From the NCBI GenBank assembly GCA_965215005.1, contig CBDCCZ010000042.1:1-64000 (forward strand): a DNA stretch of 64,000 nucleotides. Direction: 5' to 3'. Shown piece by piece: positions 10,194 to 22,950 of the stretch. Below the pieces are notes generated by a model. It was not told the DNA's origin. It ran no database searches and saw nothing but the letters and a program-made list of their open reading frames with translations. The position numbers were made by a program, and so were the translations under genes. Each line of letters starts with the position of its first letter. Position 1 is the stretch's first letter. The DNA comes from Kofleriaceae bacterium (lineage in GTDB: Bacteria; Myxococcota_A; Polyangia; Haliangiales; Haliangiaceae).

Positions 10194-12059
10194 CTACACC
10201 GACCGCACCCGCGCCGCTTCGCTCTCGGACCAGTACAGCTCCACACGGTTCTTGCCGGTGCGCTTGGCGCGGTACAACGCTTGGTCGGCGCGCCGCACCA
10301 GGTCCTCGGCGCCGCCCATGCCGCTTTCCGGATAGGAGGCAATGCCGAGCGAGGCGGTCACGGCTATGACCTCGGTGGGTGCCGTTGGCGACTCCACGAC
10401 GATGCGAAGCTCCTCGATGAGGCAACGAATGCGCTCGGCCTGGTGATACGCCGACAACATCGCGGTGCGCGGCAAGATCATCGCGATCTCTTCGCCACCG
10501 TAGCGGGCCGCGGTGTCGACCGCGCGCATCTCTTGCCGAATGACCTCCGCAATGCGACGCAGCGCGCGGTCACCAACCGGGTGTCCATGGGTGTCGTTGA
10601 GCGCCTTGAAGTCATCGATGTCGAGCATCACCAGCGAGAACTCGGTGCCGTAGCGGCGCGCGCGCTCGATCTCTTCGTCGAGGCGGGCATCGAGATAGCG
10701 GCGCACGAACAAGCCGGTGAGACCATCGACCATCGCCAGCTCATAGAGATGCGCGTTCTGCAGCGCCGAACCCACCAGCGTTGCTAGCGACTCGAGCAGC
10801 CGCCGCTCTTCTGCGGCGAACGCCGCAATGCGCAGGCTCTGCGTCGACAGCACCGCGCGGGTCTGGCCATACATCGTGATCGGCACGCCCATCCACGACC
10901 GCGCTCTCGCGTCGCGAGACTCGGGCACCTTGTGGCTCCACGGAGCGCGGCGAACATCGTCGATCACCAGCGACTGGCCATGCTCGAGGATCCAACCGGT
11001 CGCGCCGGTGTCTCGCGCCACGCGAATGCGATCGAAGACGTCGCGCTCGCGGTCATAGAAGTCCACCGCCAGCGCCTCGTTGTCGCGTTCGCCAACGCCG
11101 TGCGCCAGCGCGACGAGCTCGGCTCCGGGAATGGCGCGGGCGGTCTCGCGCGCGATGGTGTCGACGAGCTCGTGAAGCTGGAGCGAAGAAGCGAGCCGCC
11201 GCGACGTGATGCTCAAGGTTTCGAGCTCACTCACGCGCCGGCGCAGCTGCACCCCAGCGGCCCACATGCGGTTGAAGACGAAGTTGATGAGCAGATAGGT
11301 GACGCCCAGAAGCACCAAGCCCAGCAGCTGAGCCGGCTGGTAGATGTAGACCACCACGACCGCCAGCGGCAGCAGCGTTGCTTCCGCGGTCATCCCGGGC
11401 AACGCCACCGACCGCAGGTAGTCGCGCAGCGGCAGCCCGAGAATTGCCAATCGCAGGCCTTGAATGGCGTAATGCGCGATCAGCAGAGCAACGCCGATGA
11501 TCGCCACGTGCATCAGCACCGACTGCTGGGAAGCGCGGCCGCCCGCGAGGGCATCCACGTTGACGAGCCAGCCGCAGACCAGCACCAACGCCCCCGTCAT
11601 GCCGCCAAAGTAGAAGGCGTAGGCCAGCGGCTCGCGGGGCAGCTCGCGCCGCCGGGCGCGCACCAAGAATCGCAGGCCGGCATCCAAGCTCAGCGCCGAA
11701 GCCACCAGCCAGCCAGCCGGTACCGAGCCCAGGCAAACGGTCGCCGCGACGTAGAAAGCGGAATCGAGCGACACGGTCGAGCGCGGCACCAGGTGGAATG
11801 CCAGAGAACGCGCGGCGACGATGATGCCGAGAAACACCAGGAAAGCGCCTGGTGCGAGCGGTGGGCTGGGACCGAATCCTCCAGCCGCGCCAGCACCGAG
11901 CGTCGCCCAGCCCATCGTGCCTAGCGCCACCAGGAATGCCTGGTAGCGCGCTCCTCCATCTGCCAACGTTCGTTCAGCCAGCCGCACGTCGCCCCCAGCG
12001 AATGTCGGCGGTCTAGCACTGCCCGTTCGCCGGCTGGGTAATAATGCCCTGACTGCCAA
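10194..12059 (-). CDS. Membrane-bound GAF-GGDEF diguanylate cyclase
   Basis: Multiple N-terminal TM helices, GAF region, DGLTGL, MLDIDDFKALNDTHGHPVGD, I-site RAVD, A-site RYGGEE, ADQALYRAKRTGKN. Start uncertain. Confidence 0.9.
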   Translation of the reverse strand: MAVRALLPSRRTGSARPPTFAGGDVRLAERTLADGGARYQAFLVALGTMGWATLGAGAAGGFGPSPPLAPGAFLVFLGIIVAARSLAFHLVPRSTVSLDSAFYVAATVCLGSVPAGWLVASALSLDAGLRFLVRARRRELPREPLAYAFYFGGMTGALVLVCGWLVNVDALAGGRASQQSVLMHVAIIGVALLIAHYAIQGLRLAILGLPLRDYLRSVALPGMTAEATLLPLAVVVVYIYQPAQLLGLVLLGVTYLLINFVFNRMWAAGVQLRRRVSELETLSITSRRLASSLQLHELVDTIARETARAIPGAELVALAHGVGERDNEALAVDFYDRERDVFDRIRVARDTGATGWILEHGQSLVIDDVRRAPWSHKVPESRDARARSWMGVPITMYGQTRAVLSTQSLRIAAFAAEERRLLESLATLVGSALQNAHLYELAMVDGLTGLFVRRYLDARLDEEIERARRYGTEFSLVMLDIDDFKALNDTHGHPVGDRALRRIAEVIRQEMRAVDTAARYGGEEIAMILPRTAMLSAYHQAERIRCLIEELRIVVESPTAPTEVIAVTASLGIASYPESGMGGAEDLVRRADQALYRAKRTGKNRVELYWSESEAARVRSV

Positions 12060-12227
12060 TGTCAGGTCGCCGCCGCTCTCACTCCCGTCGCTGTGGCAAC
12101 AGGCCTCACCGCGTGCGGGGCGTGGGCCGTCATAGCAAAAACCCGCGCCAGGCGCGGGTTTTCGGAAGAGTCTCTGGGAAGAGTGGACACGTCACCGGCA
12201 CGGCCGGCGGCGCCTCACTCCGCTCAT

Positions 12228-12404
12228 TCAAATATCGATGACAGTAACGCCGCGTTCTTGCCCACCGGGGGGCACCACCTGGGAGCGGTCTGGCTCCTGG
12301 TAGCGCGGATGCTCGAGCGGTAGCTCGAGATGACTGCGCTGGTCCTCGCGTCGACGTTCGTCTTCGCGGCGGCGAATCTCATCGATGATCCACGGGTCTA
12401 GCAT
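12228..12404 (-). CDS. 58-aa small protein (below the ORF-track cutoff)
   Basis: GAGGTG RBS 5 nt before ATG; MLDPWIIDEIRRREDERRREDQRSHLELPLEHPRYQEPDRSQVVPPGGQERGVTVIDI*. Confidence 0.75.
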   Translation of the reverse strand: MLDPWIIDEIRRREDERRREDQRSHLELPLEHPRYQEPDRSQVVPPGGQERGVTVIDI

Positions 12405-12973
12405 CGCATCACCTCTGGTCCTGGTTATAGGACGCGTCTACTGTGGTGCAAAGTTCAGCATCTACACGTTGATTCGGCCGTTCCCACGTTGTCTTCACGA
12501 CCATCTGACACTGCCCAAGGAGTGCAAGCCGCGGGCCCCGATCGGGGCAAGGGGGGTGCAAAATTGTAACGCGGCAGAATTACGGATGGTCCGACGCGTC
12601 ATTGCGGAACTGCAAGCGGGCATACCGGGCAACCTAAGAACAAAAAGCGCGACATGCAACGCCACCACGGCCACTCGAGTCCTCACTCCCGAGACCCGAC
12701 GGCGCCGATCTCAGCGCGTTAGCGCCACCGGGCCCCAATTTGACCTTTTTGCGTAGCAGGTGCCGTGTTTCGTTTCCATGGCGACTCCCGCCACCGGGAT
12801 CCGACGGTCACGGCAGCTGGCATGACAACCGCAGGCGTGCGCGGCGGCGGCGGCGGCCCCGCCGGCTGAATGCGATTCGCCAGCTGCGGGAGGTTCACGA
12901 TCCAAGTCCTGAGCAAGGCGAGGTCGACCCCGCAGCGCCAAATCCGGCGCCAACCCCGCGGCGGTCGGTCACG

Positions 12974-13630
12974 TCAATCGAGGTCTTTGACCATCCACGA
13001 GCCATCTTCTCGCACGAACTCGACCTCGAAGCGCTCGCCATACGGCATGCGAGCTTCGTTGCCGCGGTCTTCGATCGGCTCATCGATGTTGGCTTGGAGC
13101 ATGTTCATCAGCTCCTGGAGCTCTTCACGGCCGGCACCGGTGAACTGCTCCTCGAGCATTGCCACCGTCATCTTGTCGCGGTACGCGCTGGGCACGAAGC
13201 GAAGCATCACGTCCCAGCGCTGCAGGCGATAGGCGCGCAGGACGCTGCGCAGCGCGTCGCGCGGGGTGGCGTGGCTGTAGAAGTCGACTGGGTTGGAGGC
13301 AATGCGCCAGTTGCCGTCTTCGCGGACGAGTCGCATGGTGTCGCCGATGCCGTAGCGAAACTCGGCGGTAATTTCGAGCTCCCGCCGGTCCTCATCGAGT
13401 CGCTTCGCGGCTTCGCCCGCTTCCCGCGAGCTCTCACGCATCATCCGCACGAACTCCTCCTTGGGATGATCGGCGCGATAGCGCGCGCTCATGAGCTCGT
13501 AGGCGGTATCGTAGTCGCGGTCGCGCAACGCTTGCGCGTAGCTATCGAGTGTCGACGACGGCCCACCGGAGCCGCCGCAGCCCGTAAGCACCAATAGCGA
13601 CGCGAGCAAGGCGCAGCGGACCAGTTGCAT
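12974..13630 (-). CDS. Lipoprotein with two tandem NTF2-like repeats
   Basis: Lipobox LTGC; two similar halves ending LVREDGNWRI and FVREDGSWMV. Confidence 0.8.
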   Translation of the reverse strand: MQLVRCALLASLLVLTGCGGSGGPSSTLDSYAQALRDRDYDTAYELMSARYRADHPKEEFVRMMRESSREAGEAAKRLDEDRRELEITAEFRYGIGDTMRLVREDGNWRIASNPVDFYSHATPRDALRSVLRAYRLQRWDVMLRFVPSAYRDKMTVAMLEEQFTGAGREELQELMNMLQANIDEPIEDRGNEARMPYGERFEVEFVREDGSWMVKDLD

Positions 13631-13794
13631 ACGAGGCGGTTATATCGTCTCGCCTGCGCCATCGCCAGCGCCCCCCGCACGCGGGTTTGCGCGGCGCGAG
13701 GAAGTTGCACCGCGAGCGCCAATCCTCGCCTCAAAGAGGCGAGGATCACAGCCGAGTCGAGCGGGTTCGCGCGGCCGCTGCACACCTCGGCTGC

Positions 13795-14865
13795 TCACTC
13801 GAGCGAATCGCCCTCGCCTCGCGAGGCAGCGGGTCTCATCGCGCCTTGCGCACCCTCGACGGCATCGACCTCGCTTCCATGCGCATCGACCTCGCTTCCA
13901 TGCGCATCGACCTCGCTTCCATGCGCATCGACCTCGCTTCCATGCGCATCGACCTCGCTTCCATGCGCATCGACCTCGCTTCCATGCGCATCGACCTCGC
14001 TTCCATGCGCATCGACCTCGCTTCCATGCGCATCGACCTCGCTCACGGCAATCGACTTCACGCCCTCGAGACGCTCCAGGCTGTCGCTGGCTTTCGCCGA
14101 TCCCAGTGCCAGCGCCTGGCGATACGCTGCGCGCGCTTCCGCCAGGCGGTCCTGGTGCTCGTAGGCGATGGCCAGGTTGTTCCACATATATGACGTCGGA
14201 ACCGCGCCGCTGGTGGCGCGCTCGAGCACCTCGCTGGCTTCTTGCCAACGCTCCTCGAAGAGCAGCACGTAGCCGAGGTTATTCCACGCATAGGAGTTGT
14301 CCTCGTTGAGCTCGGTGGCGCGGGTGAACGCAGCGATCGCTGCCGGTCGCGCGCCTTCCGCGAGCTCGATGCGCCCCAACGTGTTCCACGCCGCCGACGA
14401 CTCGGGCAGCTGCTCGAGGGCGGCGTCTACGGCAATTCGGGCGGCCGGCGCCTTCTGCCGCTGCAGCTGCACCCGAGCCAACTCGAGCCGCGCCCGACCG
14501 GCATCGGGGCGCAGCTCGAGCGCCCGCTCCAGTGCCTCTAGCGCCCGGTCGGCGGAACCGCTGGCGGCAGCGCGGCGTCCCTCCGCGACGAGCCCGGCGT
14601 AGTCCCCCGGCAACGCCACGCTGGTCGCACGGAGCTCGATTTCTGGCTCAGCCGGCGCACCACGCTCATGGACCACATCGCGGGGCGCTGGCCTCGCAGC
14701 CGCCGTCGCTTCTGAAGAGGTGATCGCCGAGGGCAACTTCACTGCAACCACGTCGCGACGCGGCTGCGGCCCATCGCCGTCGCACCCGCCGCTCATGGCG
14801 GCGACGGCGGCAAGCACTGCGCTCATCCACGAAGCTCGAAAACTGGCCTTGCGTTCTGCTGACAT
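13795..14865 (-). CDS. TPR lipoprotein with C-terminal (SEVDAHG)n repeat
   Basis: AAGGAG RBS, putative lipobox SGGC, TPR motifs AWNTLG/AWNNLG/MWNNLA. Confidence 0.85.
   Translation of the reverse strand: MSAERKASFRASWMSAVLAAVAAMSGGCDGDGPQPRRDVVAVKLPSAITSSEATAAARPAPRDVVHERGAPAEPEIELRATSVALPGDYAGLVAEGRRAAASGSADRALEALERALELRPDAGRARLELARVQLQRQKAPAARIAVDAALEQLPESSAAWNTLGRIELAEGARPAAIAAFTRATELNEDNSYAWNNLGYVLLFEERWQEASEVLERATSGAVPTSYMWNNLAIAYEHQDRLAEARAAYRQALALGSAKASDSLERLEGVKSIAVSEVDAHGSEVDAHGSEVDAHGSEVDAHGSEVDAHGSEVDAHGSEVDAHGSEVDAHGSEVDAVEGAQGAMRPAASRGEGDSLE
13862..14043. repeat. Perfect 21-bp tandem repeat, 8 full copies plus 14 bp (coding VNTR)
   Basis: Unit GCATCGACCTCGCTTCCATGC read directly; encodes SEVDAHG on the minus strand. 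Confidence 0.97.
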
Positions 14866-14910
14866 GCGTCTTGCTCCTTCTACGGTTCTGTGACCGTGCA
14901 GCTCCGTAAG

Positions 14911-14926
14911 AGCAGCCGTCGTGCCA
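14911..14926 (-). promoter_or_regulatory. Sigma-54 (-24/-12) promoter for the TPR lipoprotein gene
   Basis: Minus strand TGGCACGACGGCTGCT matches TGGCACG-N4-(T/C)TGC with GG-N10-GC spacing, ~45 nt upstream of ATG 14865. Confidence 0.65.
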
Positions 14927-15212
14927 GCACGAAACCCCGCTAACGACGCGGCCGAACGCTGTGACCGTGTCTCGCTAGACGCGCTCGCCAGCCGCGATAG
15001 ACACGCATTGCACGAGCCATCGCTCGCGCGCAGCGCTCGTGGCTACAGCCCATCGCTCGCGCGCAACGCCCACGACAACGCGTACGGATGCGGCCGCTCG
15101 CCTACAACCCTTGCGTCGATACGAACCGTTGCTTCTCTGCCGGGCGCTAGCGGGATATTCACCAGCCGCTTGCTGCCGCCGCGCCTCACTTCGTCAACGG
15201 CCGGGCGCCGCG

Positions 15213-15680
15213 TCACGCCGGCCGGTCATCCTTGGGGCGATCGACCATGGTGGCCACGAATTCCGCTTGGCACACCACCTCGCCTTCGACGGTGGCCTCG
15301 CCCTTCATCTTCCAGATCTTGCCGCGACGCAGCGGCGTGACCGTGACCGTGAGCCGGTCGCCCGGCCGCACTGGCTTGCGGAACTTCACCTTATCGATCG
15401 ACATGAAGAAGACCAACTGGGTGAGCGGATCATAGTCGCCGGTTTTGGCGGCCATGATGCCTCCCGCTTGCGCCATCGACTCGACGATGAGCACGCCGGG
15501 CATGACCGGCATGCCCGGGAAGTGTCCTTGGAAGAACGGATCGCCCCAACTGACATTCTTGATGGCGACGATCTTATCGTCATCGAGCGAGTCGACGCGA
15601 TCGATGAGGAGGAAGGGATAGCGGTGCGGGAGAATCGAGAGGATTTCCTGCGCCGTGATGAGAGGGCCGTTCTCCGCCAT
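15213..15680 (-). CDS. fabZ: 3-hydroxyacyl-ACP dehydratase
   Basis: [46 protein letters not shown]. Confidence 0.95.
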   Translation of the reverse strand: MAENGPLITAQEILSILPHRYPFLLIDRVDSLDDDKIVAIKNVSWGDPFFQGHFPGMPVMPGVLIVESMAQAGGIMAAKTGDYDPLTQLVFFMSIDKVKFRKPVRPGDRLTVTVTPLRRGKIWKMKGEATVEGEVVCQAEFVATMVDRPKDDRPA

Positions 15681-15735
15681 AGCCCCCGCTTTTATCACAG
15701 TCGCCGCGCGGCAGCGCGCGGCCACAATGGCTTGT

Positions 15736-16248
15736 CTACTTGATGCGCTTGTTCACGTCATCGGTGATGTCGAGCGCATCGTTTGCCCACAGCACCGCGT
15801 TGCGATCGACGATCATCGTGTAGCCCTGATTCTTGGCGACGTCCTTGATGATCGGAGCGGCTTTCTTGAGAATGCCTTGGAGGAGCTTGGCGCGTTCGGA
15901 GGCCAGATCGCGCTCGAGGTTGACGTAAAGCTCCTGCACCTCGACGTACTGCTTTTGCATCTCCGCTTGGCGCTGCTTGAGCACCTCGGGCTTGAGAAGC
16001 GCACGCTGCTTTTCGAGCGACGTCGCGTACTCCTGGAGCGCTTTCTGCTTCTTGTCGAGCTCGTCCTGCTTGCCCTTGCGGGTGCTCTCGAATCGCTTCG
16101 AAGCGGCCTTGCCGACATCGGTTTCGTAGAGCGTTCGCTCGAGATCGATGAAGCCGATCTTGGCGTTCGTGACGGCCGCGTCAGCGCGAACGAATCCAAC
16201 GAGGATCAACGCCAGCCCGAGAAATCCAATAGCCAATGACTTATGCAT
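15736..16248 (-). CDS. skp: OmpH/Skp periplasmic chaperone
   Basis: GGAGG RBS, signal peptide, KIGFIDLE, coiled coil, DITDDV; downstream of bamA. Confidence 0.9.
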   Translation of the reverse strand: MHKSLAIGFLGLALILVGFVRADAAVTNAKIGFIDLERTLYETDVGKAASKRFESTRKGKQDELDKKQKALQEYATSLEKQRALLKPEVLKQRQAEMQKQYVEVQELYVNLERDLASERAKLLQGILKKAAPIIKDVAKNQGYTMIVDRNAVLWANDALDITDDVNKRIK

Positions 16249-16346
16249 CTCAAACCTCCAGCGGGGCTTGGTACCGCGCCGACTCCGCTTCGTCAACCGC
16301 GGAATATTGGCGCGCCGCAGCCGCACCCTGACGACATCGCCAGCAA

Positions 16347-18866
<2,520 letters not shown>

Positions 18867-18873
18867 GGTGCTA

Positions 18874-19758
18874 CTAGAGGGGGGCAGAACGGTAGGAAGG
18901 CAGGACTTGGTCGACCAAGGCACCGCCATCGGTCATCTCGAGGCAGCGCGGCATCATCGCCGCAAGCTCGTGGTTGTGGGTCACGACCAACAGCGTCGAG
19001 CCACGCTCACGGTTGAGCTCGACGAACAGCTGATGGATCTCCTCGCCGGTCCGCCGATCGAGATTGCCGGTGGGTTCATCTGCAAGTAACAAAGACGGCT
19101 CGAGGACCATGGCGCGCGCCAGCGCGACGCGCTGCTGCTCACCGCCGGAGAGCTCTGCGGGCTTGTGCGTGAGTCGCCGGCCGAGGCCAACCCGGCCGAG
19201 AATGTCGCGTGCCCGCCGCTCGCCTTGCGCGCGCGGCACGCGCCCGATCAGCGCCGGCATCATGACGTTTTCGAGCGCCGTGAACTCCGAGAGCAAATGA
19301 TGAAACTGGAACACGAAGCCAATCTCGCGGTTGCGGAACTCGGCGAGCCGCGTCGCCGACATGCGGGTGATCTCTTCGCCGTTGAAGCAGATCGATCCGC
19401 GCGACGGCAAGTCGAGGGTGCCGAGAATCTGCAGGAACGTCGATTTGCCCACGCCTGAGGCGCCCACGATGGCGACCATGTCACCCGCTTCCAGCAAGAG
19501 ATCGACCGTCCGCAGAACTTGCAGGAGCTGACCGCCGTGCTCGTAGTCCTTGCCCATGCTGCGCACTTCGATGCGAGCTCCCGAGCCAGCAGCAGCTGCA
19601 TGTCGCCGCGGGACCGAGGACGCATCGGGCGGTTGTTCTCGCAACTCGTCGGGCCCTCGCGCGGGCGCGTCGGCGAGGTCGGTGGAAGCGGCGGCAAGAG
19701 GCGAGGCAGACGCTGGCTCGTCTTGGTCGGGCGGCTGATTGGTGGGTGGATTGGACAC
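18874..19758 (-). CDS. lolD: Lipoprotein-releasing ABC transporter ATPase
   Basis: Walker [43 protein letters not shown]; low-complexity N-terminal extension, start uncertain. Confidence 0.9.
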   Translation of the reverse strand: MSNPPTNQPPDQDEPASASPLAAASTDLADAPARGPDELREQPPDASSVPRRHAAAAGSGARIEVRSMGKDYEHGGQLLQVLRTVDLLLEAGDMVAIVGASGVGKSTFLQILGTLDLPSRGSICFNGEEITRMSATRLAEFRNREIGFVFQFHHLLSEFTALENVMMPALIGRVPRAQGERRARDILGRVGLGRRLTHKPAELSGGEQQRVALARAMVLEPSLLLADEPTGNLDRRTGEEIHQLFVELNRERGSTLLVVTHNHELAAMMPRCLEMTDGGALVDQVLPSYRSAPL

Positions 19759-19882
19759 GAGTTGCGCAAAATTCCCGAAAGAGTCCCGGAACTTACTTGG
19801 GCGGCTCTAGGCTGTCAACGCGTTGAGACCGCGCGCCCCGGGCGGCGGTTGCCTCACGCGCAAAGCCGCGATACCTAAGCCC

Positions 19883-20329
19883 ATGCGAATACGCCTCGCC
19901 ACCGCCGAAGACGGTTCGGATTTCTTGCGCCTGGTTGCCGAGCTCGCTGCCTTCGAGAAGTTGCCGGGGCCCGACGCGGAGGGCACCCAACGGCTGCTTG
20001 CGGATGCCTTCGGCGAGCACCCGCGGTATCAGCTCTGGGTGTGCGAGCTCGATGCAGCCATCGTTGCCTATGCCGTAACCTTCGAGACCTACTCGACGTT
20101 TCGCGCGCTTCCTACCCTGTACATGGAGGATCTATTCGTCCACCCACAGGCGCGACGACGCGGCGTCGCAACCGCGATGCTCCGCCATCTCGAGGAGCTC
20201 GCTCGCGATCGCGGGTGCGGGCGTTTCGAGTGGGTGGTGCTGACGTGGAATCACGACGCGCAGGCGCTGTATGAGCGAGTCGGAGCGCGGGTGCTCGAGG
20301 ACTGGCGGCTGATGCGCATCGACTTTTAG
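19883..20329 (+). CDS. GNAT family N-acetyltransferase (spermidine/spermine acetyltransferase-like)
   Basis: ELAAFEK, YSTF, LYMEDLFV, RRRGVA, WNHDAQALY. Confidence 0.9.
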   Translation: MRIRLATAEDGSDFLRLVAELAAFEKLPGPDAEGTQRLLADAFGEHPRYQLWVCELDAAIVAYAVTFETYSTFRALPTLYMEDLFVHPQARRRGVATAMLRHLEELARDRGCGRFEWVVLTWNHDAQALYERVGARVLEDWRLMRIDF

Positions 20330-20384
20330 ACGACTGCCCCGACATCGCTGCGGCGATGCGGAGGCATGCCCGCGGAGCGCGCTT

Positions 20385-20957
20385 TCAGAACGAGCTTCCC
20401 AGGGTCAATCCGAGATTGACCATCGCGATGCTGCCGTCGAGCGTCGCGGCTCTATCGGAGGTGAGACGCAGGCTTTGATGAGTGTAGTCAGCCCACAGGC
20501 TGAGGTCGACGAGCGGCAGGATCTCGAAGGTGACTTGCAGGCCACCGCCTACGAGATAGCCGCGACCGGAATGATCGAGACCATCGTCGTCACCGAAAAA
20601 GCGCAGCCAGGTCTGATTGAGACCGCCATGCACGTAGCCTTCGATCGGACCGAGCAGGCTCAAGATGAGGCGCGCGTTGACCCCAAGGCTGTGCGTGCTC
20701 AAATTCTCGTAGCCGCTCAGCGGCGAGGACCCGGACAAGCCGGTGCCGAAGTAGGTCCCTTCGATAGCGAGCGGCCCCGAGCGGTGACCGAGCGCGACGC
20801 GACCGTTGCGGTGATCGTCGCTGCTGAAGTGGGTCGCAAAGTCGCCGCCGAGGTCGGCGTCGGAACCGATACCGGCGGAGACGTAGCCACCGGCGAGCGC
20901 GAGCCCAGGCGTAGCGAGCAGCATCGCGACGGCGGCGATGGCGAGCGTCGTTTTCAT
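20385..20957 (-). CDS. OmpA-TM-like outer-membrane beta-barrel protein
   Basis: GAGAGG RBS, signal peptide MKTTLAIAAVAMLLATPGLALA, alternating beta-strands, terminal Phe. Confidence 0.8.
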   Translation of the reverse strand: MKTTLAIAAVAMLLATPGLALAGGYVSAGIGSDADLGGDFATHFSSDDHRNGRVALGHRSGPLAIEGTYFGTGLSGSSPLSGYENLSTHSLGVNARLILSLLGPIEGYVHGGLNQTWLRFFGDDDGLDHSGRGYLVGGGLQVTFEILPLVDLSLWADYTHQSLRLTSDRAATLDGSIAMVNLGLTLGSSF

Positions 20958-21089
20958 GATGCCTCTCGACTGCAGATGGCATGCCGACCGGCGGGGCCAG
21001 ATATCTGCCGGATTCTTACCAGCATTCCCAGGTCCACAGGGCGACACCGTGACTCCGTGTTCACAGCTCCACACCGAGCTGCCACAGGC

Positions 21090-22949
21090 TCACTCATATC
21101 GAAGTCCCTCGACCGGGCGCAGTCGAGCGCCGACGTAGGCTGGATAGAGAGTGGCAATCACGCTGATCACTAAACCCGCCGCCGCGATGGCCACCACCGA
21201 GGACCACTCGACCGCGATCGGCAGGCGATCGATGTAATAGACGTCTGGGTTGAGCGGCAGCCCAAACGCCAGTCCGAGCCCGCACGCGAGCAAGCCGTGG
21301 CCAATGCCGATGGCCGAGCCGACCAAGCCAATGATGAAGCCTTGCGCGATGAACACCTGCAAGACGCTGCCGCTGGAGGAGCCCAAGGTCTTGAGGAGCG
21401 CGATCTCTTTCGCCTTCTCGACCACCACCATGATGAGGTTGCCGATGATCGAAAATGACGCGACCAAGATGATGATCGCCAGCACCAAAAACATCGCGAT
21501 CTTCTCGAGCTTGAGCGCCGAGAACAAGTTGCGATTGAGCTCCTTCCAGTCTTGCACGCGAAATCCGGCTCCCAGCCGCGCGCGCAGTCGGCGGAGCACG
21601 GGTTCGGTGATTTCGGGATTTGCGACGCGGATCTCGATGCCGTTTACTTGATCGCCGAGATCGAGAAATTCCTGCAGCGACTCGAGAGCGACGTACACGA
21701 ACTTCAGATCATACTCATACATGCCGGTATAGAAGGTTCCGGCGACGCGATAATTGCGGGTGTACGGCACCGGCGCCGCGCCGGGGTTCTTTGGATCCGA
21801 GAGCGGCGACACCATGCGGACCTCTTGCCCCACGTAAAGGTGCAAGTGCTTGACGAGCTCGCGTCCCACCAACACGCCGGAGAGCGCCGCCACCCGCTCA
21901 GGGATGCGCGGCGCCGGCGGCGGCCCCTCGAGCTCGCTCGGCCCTTCGAGGGCATCGGCATCGACCAACGGCGGCGCCTCTCGACCGTCGTTCTCCTCGA
22001 ACGCATCGTCTTCGAACGCATCGTCGAAACCCGCCTCTTCGTCGGGCGCGAGCTCTGCCGGCTCCTCCCCTGCAGACGCGTCGGCGGAGAAATCCAGCGG
22101 CTCGCCGTCGGCGACGGCGAAATCGCCGGGGGCGGGATCGAGGGCCTCTTGCCCGCCCGGCTCGTTGGAGTCACCGGAGTAGTCGGTGGGCATGCGATTG
22201 GAAGCGGCGAAGTCCTCCGGCACCGGATCGACGACGTCACCGACCGCGCTCGCGGCATGCGCGGGCTCTGGCGTTCCAGTCGAGGATGGCGGGCCGATGA
22301 TGTCGCCCTCTGGCGACAGCGGCCATAACGCCTCCAAGGCGCGCGGCTGCTTGACGTTCTTGCCGAGCTCAGTGACCGCGCCGATCGTCAGTGGATCGAT
22401 GCCTTTAATGATGACGTTGGAGTAGTTGCTGTTGGCAGCAATCACCACTTCGCTGACCGCGTAAGGGGTTTGCGCCACGACCCCAGGCACCTCGGCGATG
22501 GCCGCCATGACCTCGGCGTAATCGGTGAACGCACCCTCTTCTTTGGTGACGAGCACGTGCGCATTGGAGCCGAGGATCTTGGTGCGCAAATCGGTTTCAA
22601 AGCCGCCCATTACACTCAACACCACCACCAGCGCCATCGAGCCGATGTAGACGCCGGCGATGGATACGGTGGTGAAGAAACTGAAGAAGTAGCGAATGCA
22701 GAGGACGACGAGCCAGAACTCCGCGACGGCAAACAGCCCCACCGATGACAACAGGAAACCCTGACGCATGGGATGCGCGGCGATGAGCCGCTGCGGATCG
22801 CCGCGCTCGAGCACCAGCTCACCAACTGCGAGGGCGATCAGCCCGAGCACCAAGAACACGCCCGCCAACGCGAGCAGCGGGCGGCTCAGCTTGCGCGGCC
22901 GCGCCATCAGATAGCGCCAGGCGACGAAGCGGTGAAACGGTCCAAACAC
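21090..22949 (-). CDS. lolE: LolC/E family ABC permease with a large acidic periplasmic insertion
   Basis: [60 protein letters not shown]. Confidence 0.9.
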   Translation of the reverse strand: MFGPFHRFVAWRYLMARPRKLSRPLLALAGVFLVLGLIALAVGELVLERGDPQRLIAAHPMRQGFLLSSVGLFAVAEFWLVVLCIRYFFSFFTTVSIAGVYIGSMALVVVLSVMGGFETDLRTKILGSNAHVLVTKEEGAFTDYAEVMAAIAEVPGVVAQTPYAVSEVVIAANSNYSNVIIKGIDPLTIGAVTELGKNVKQPRALEALWPLSPEGDIIGPPSSTGTPEPAHAASAVGDVVDPVPEDFAASNRMPTDYSGDSNEPGGQEALDPAPGDFAVADGEPLDFSADASAGEEPAELAPDEEAGFDDAFEDDAFEENDGREAPPLVDADALEGPSELEGPPPAPRIPERVAALSGVLVGRELVKHLHLYVGQEVRMVSPLSDPKNPGAAPVPYTRNYRVAGTFYTGMYEYDLKFVYVALESLQEFLDLGDQVNGIEIRVANPEITEPVLRRLRARLGAGFRVQDWKELNRNLFSALKLEKIAMFLVLAIIILVASFSIIGNLIMVVVEKAKEIALLKTLGSSSGSVLQVFIAQGFIIGLVGSAIGIGHGLLACGLGLAFGLPLNPDVYYIDRLPIAVEWSSVVAIAAAGLVISVIATLYPAYVGARLRPVEGLRYE

Positions 22950-22950
22950 G

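Noticed and set aside
12719..12916. 65-aa Pro-rich minus-strand ORF
   Set aside because: No clear RBS or motif; cannot be supported from sequence alone.
13862..14043. Possible CRISPR array
   Set aside because: Units are directly adjacent with no unique spacers, lie in-frame within a CDS, and there are no cas genes.
15017..15066. 16-bp direct repeat CCATCGCTCGCGCGCA (x2) upstream of the sigma-54 promoter
   Set aside because: Could be an enhancer-binding site, but it is short and GC-rich and the evidence is insufficient.
20971..20986. Sigma-54-like CGGCATG-N4-CTGC upstream of the barrel gene
   Set aside because: The implied start site would fall within the RBS/ATG region, leaving almost no leader.
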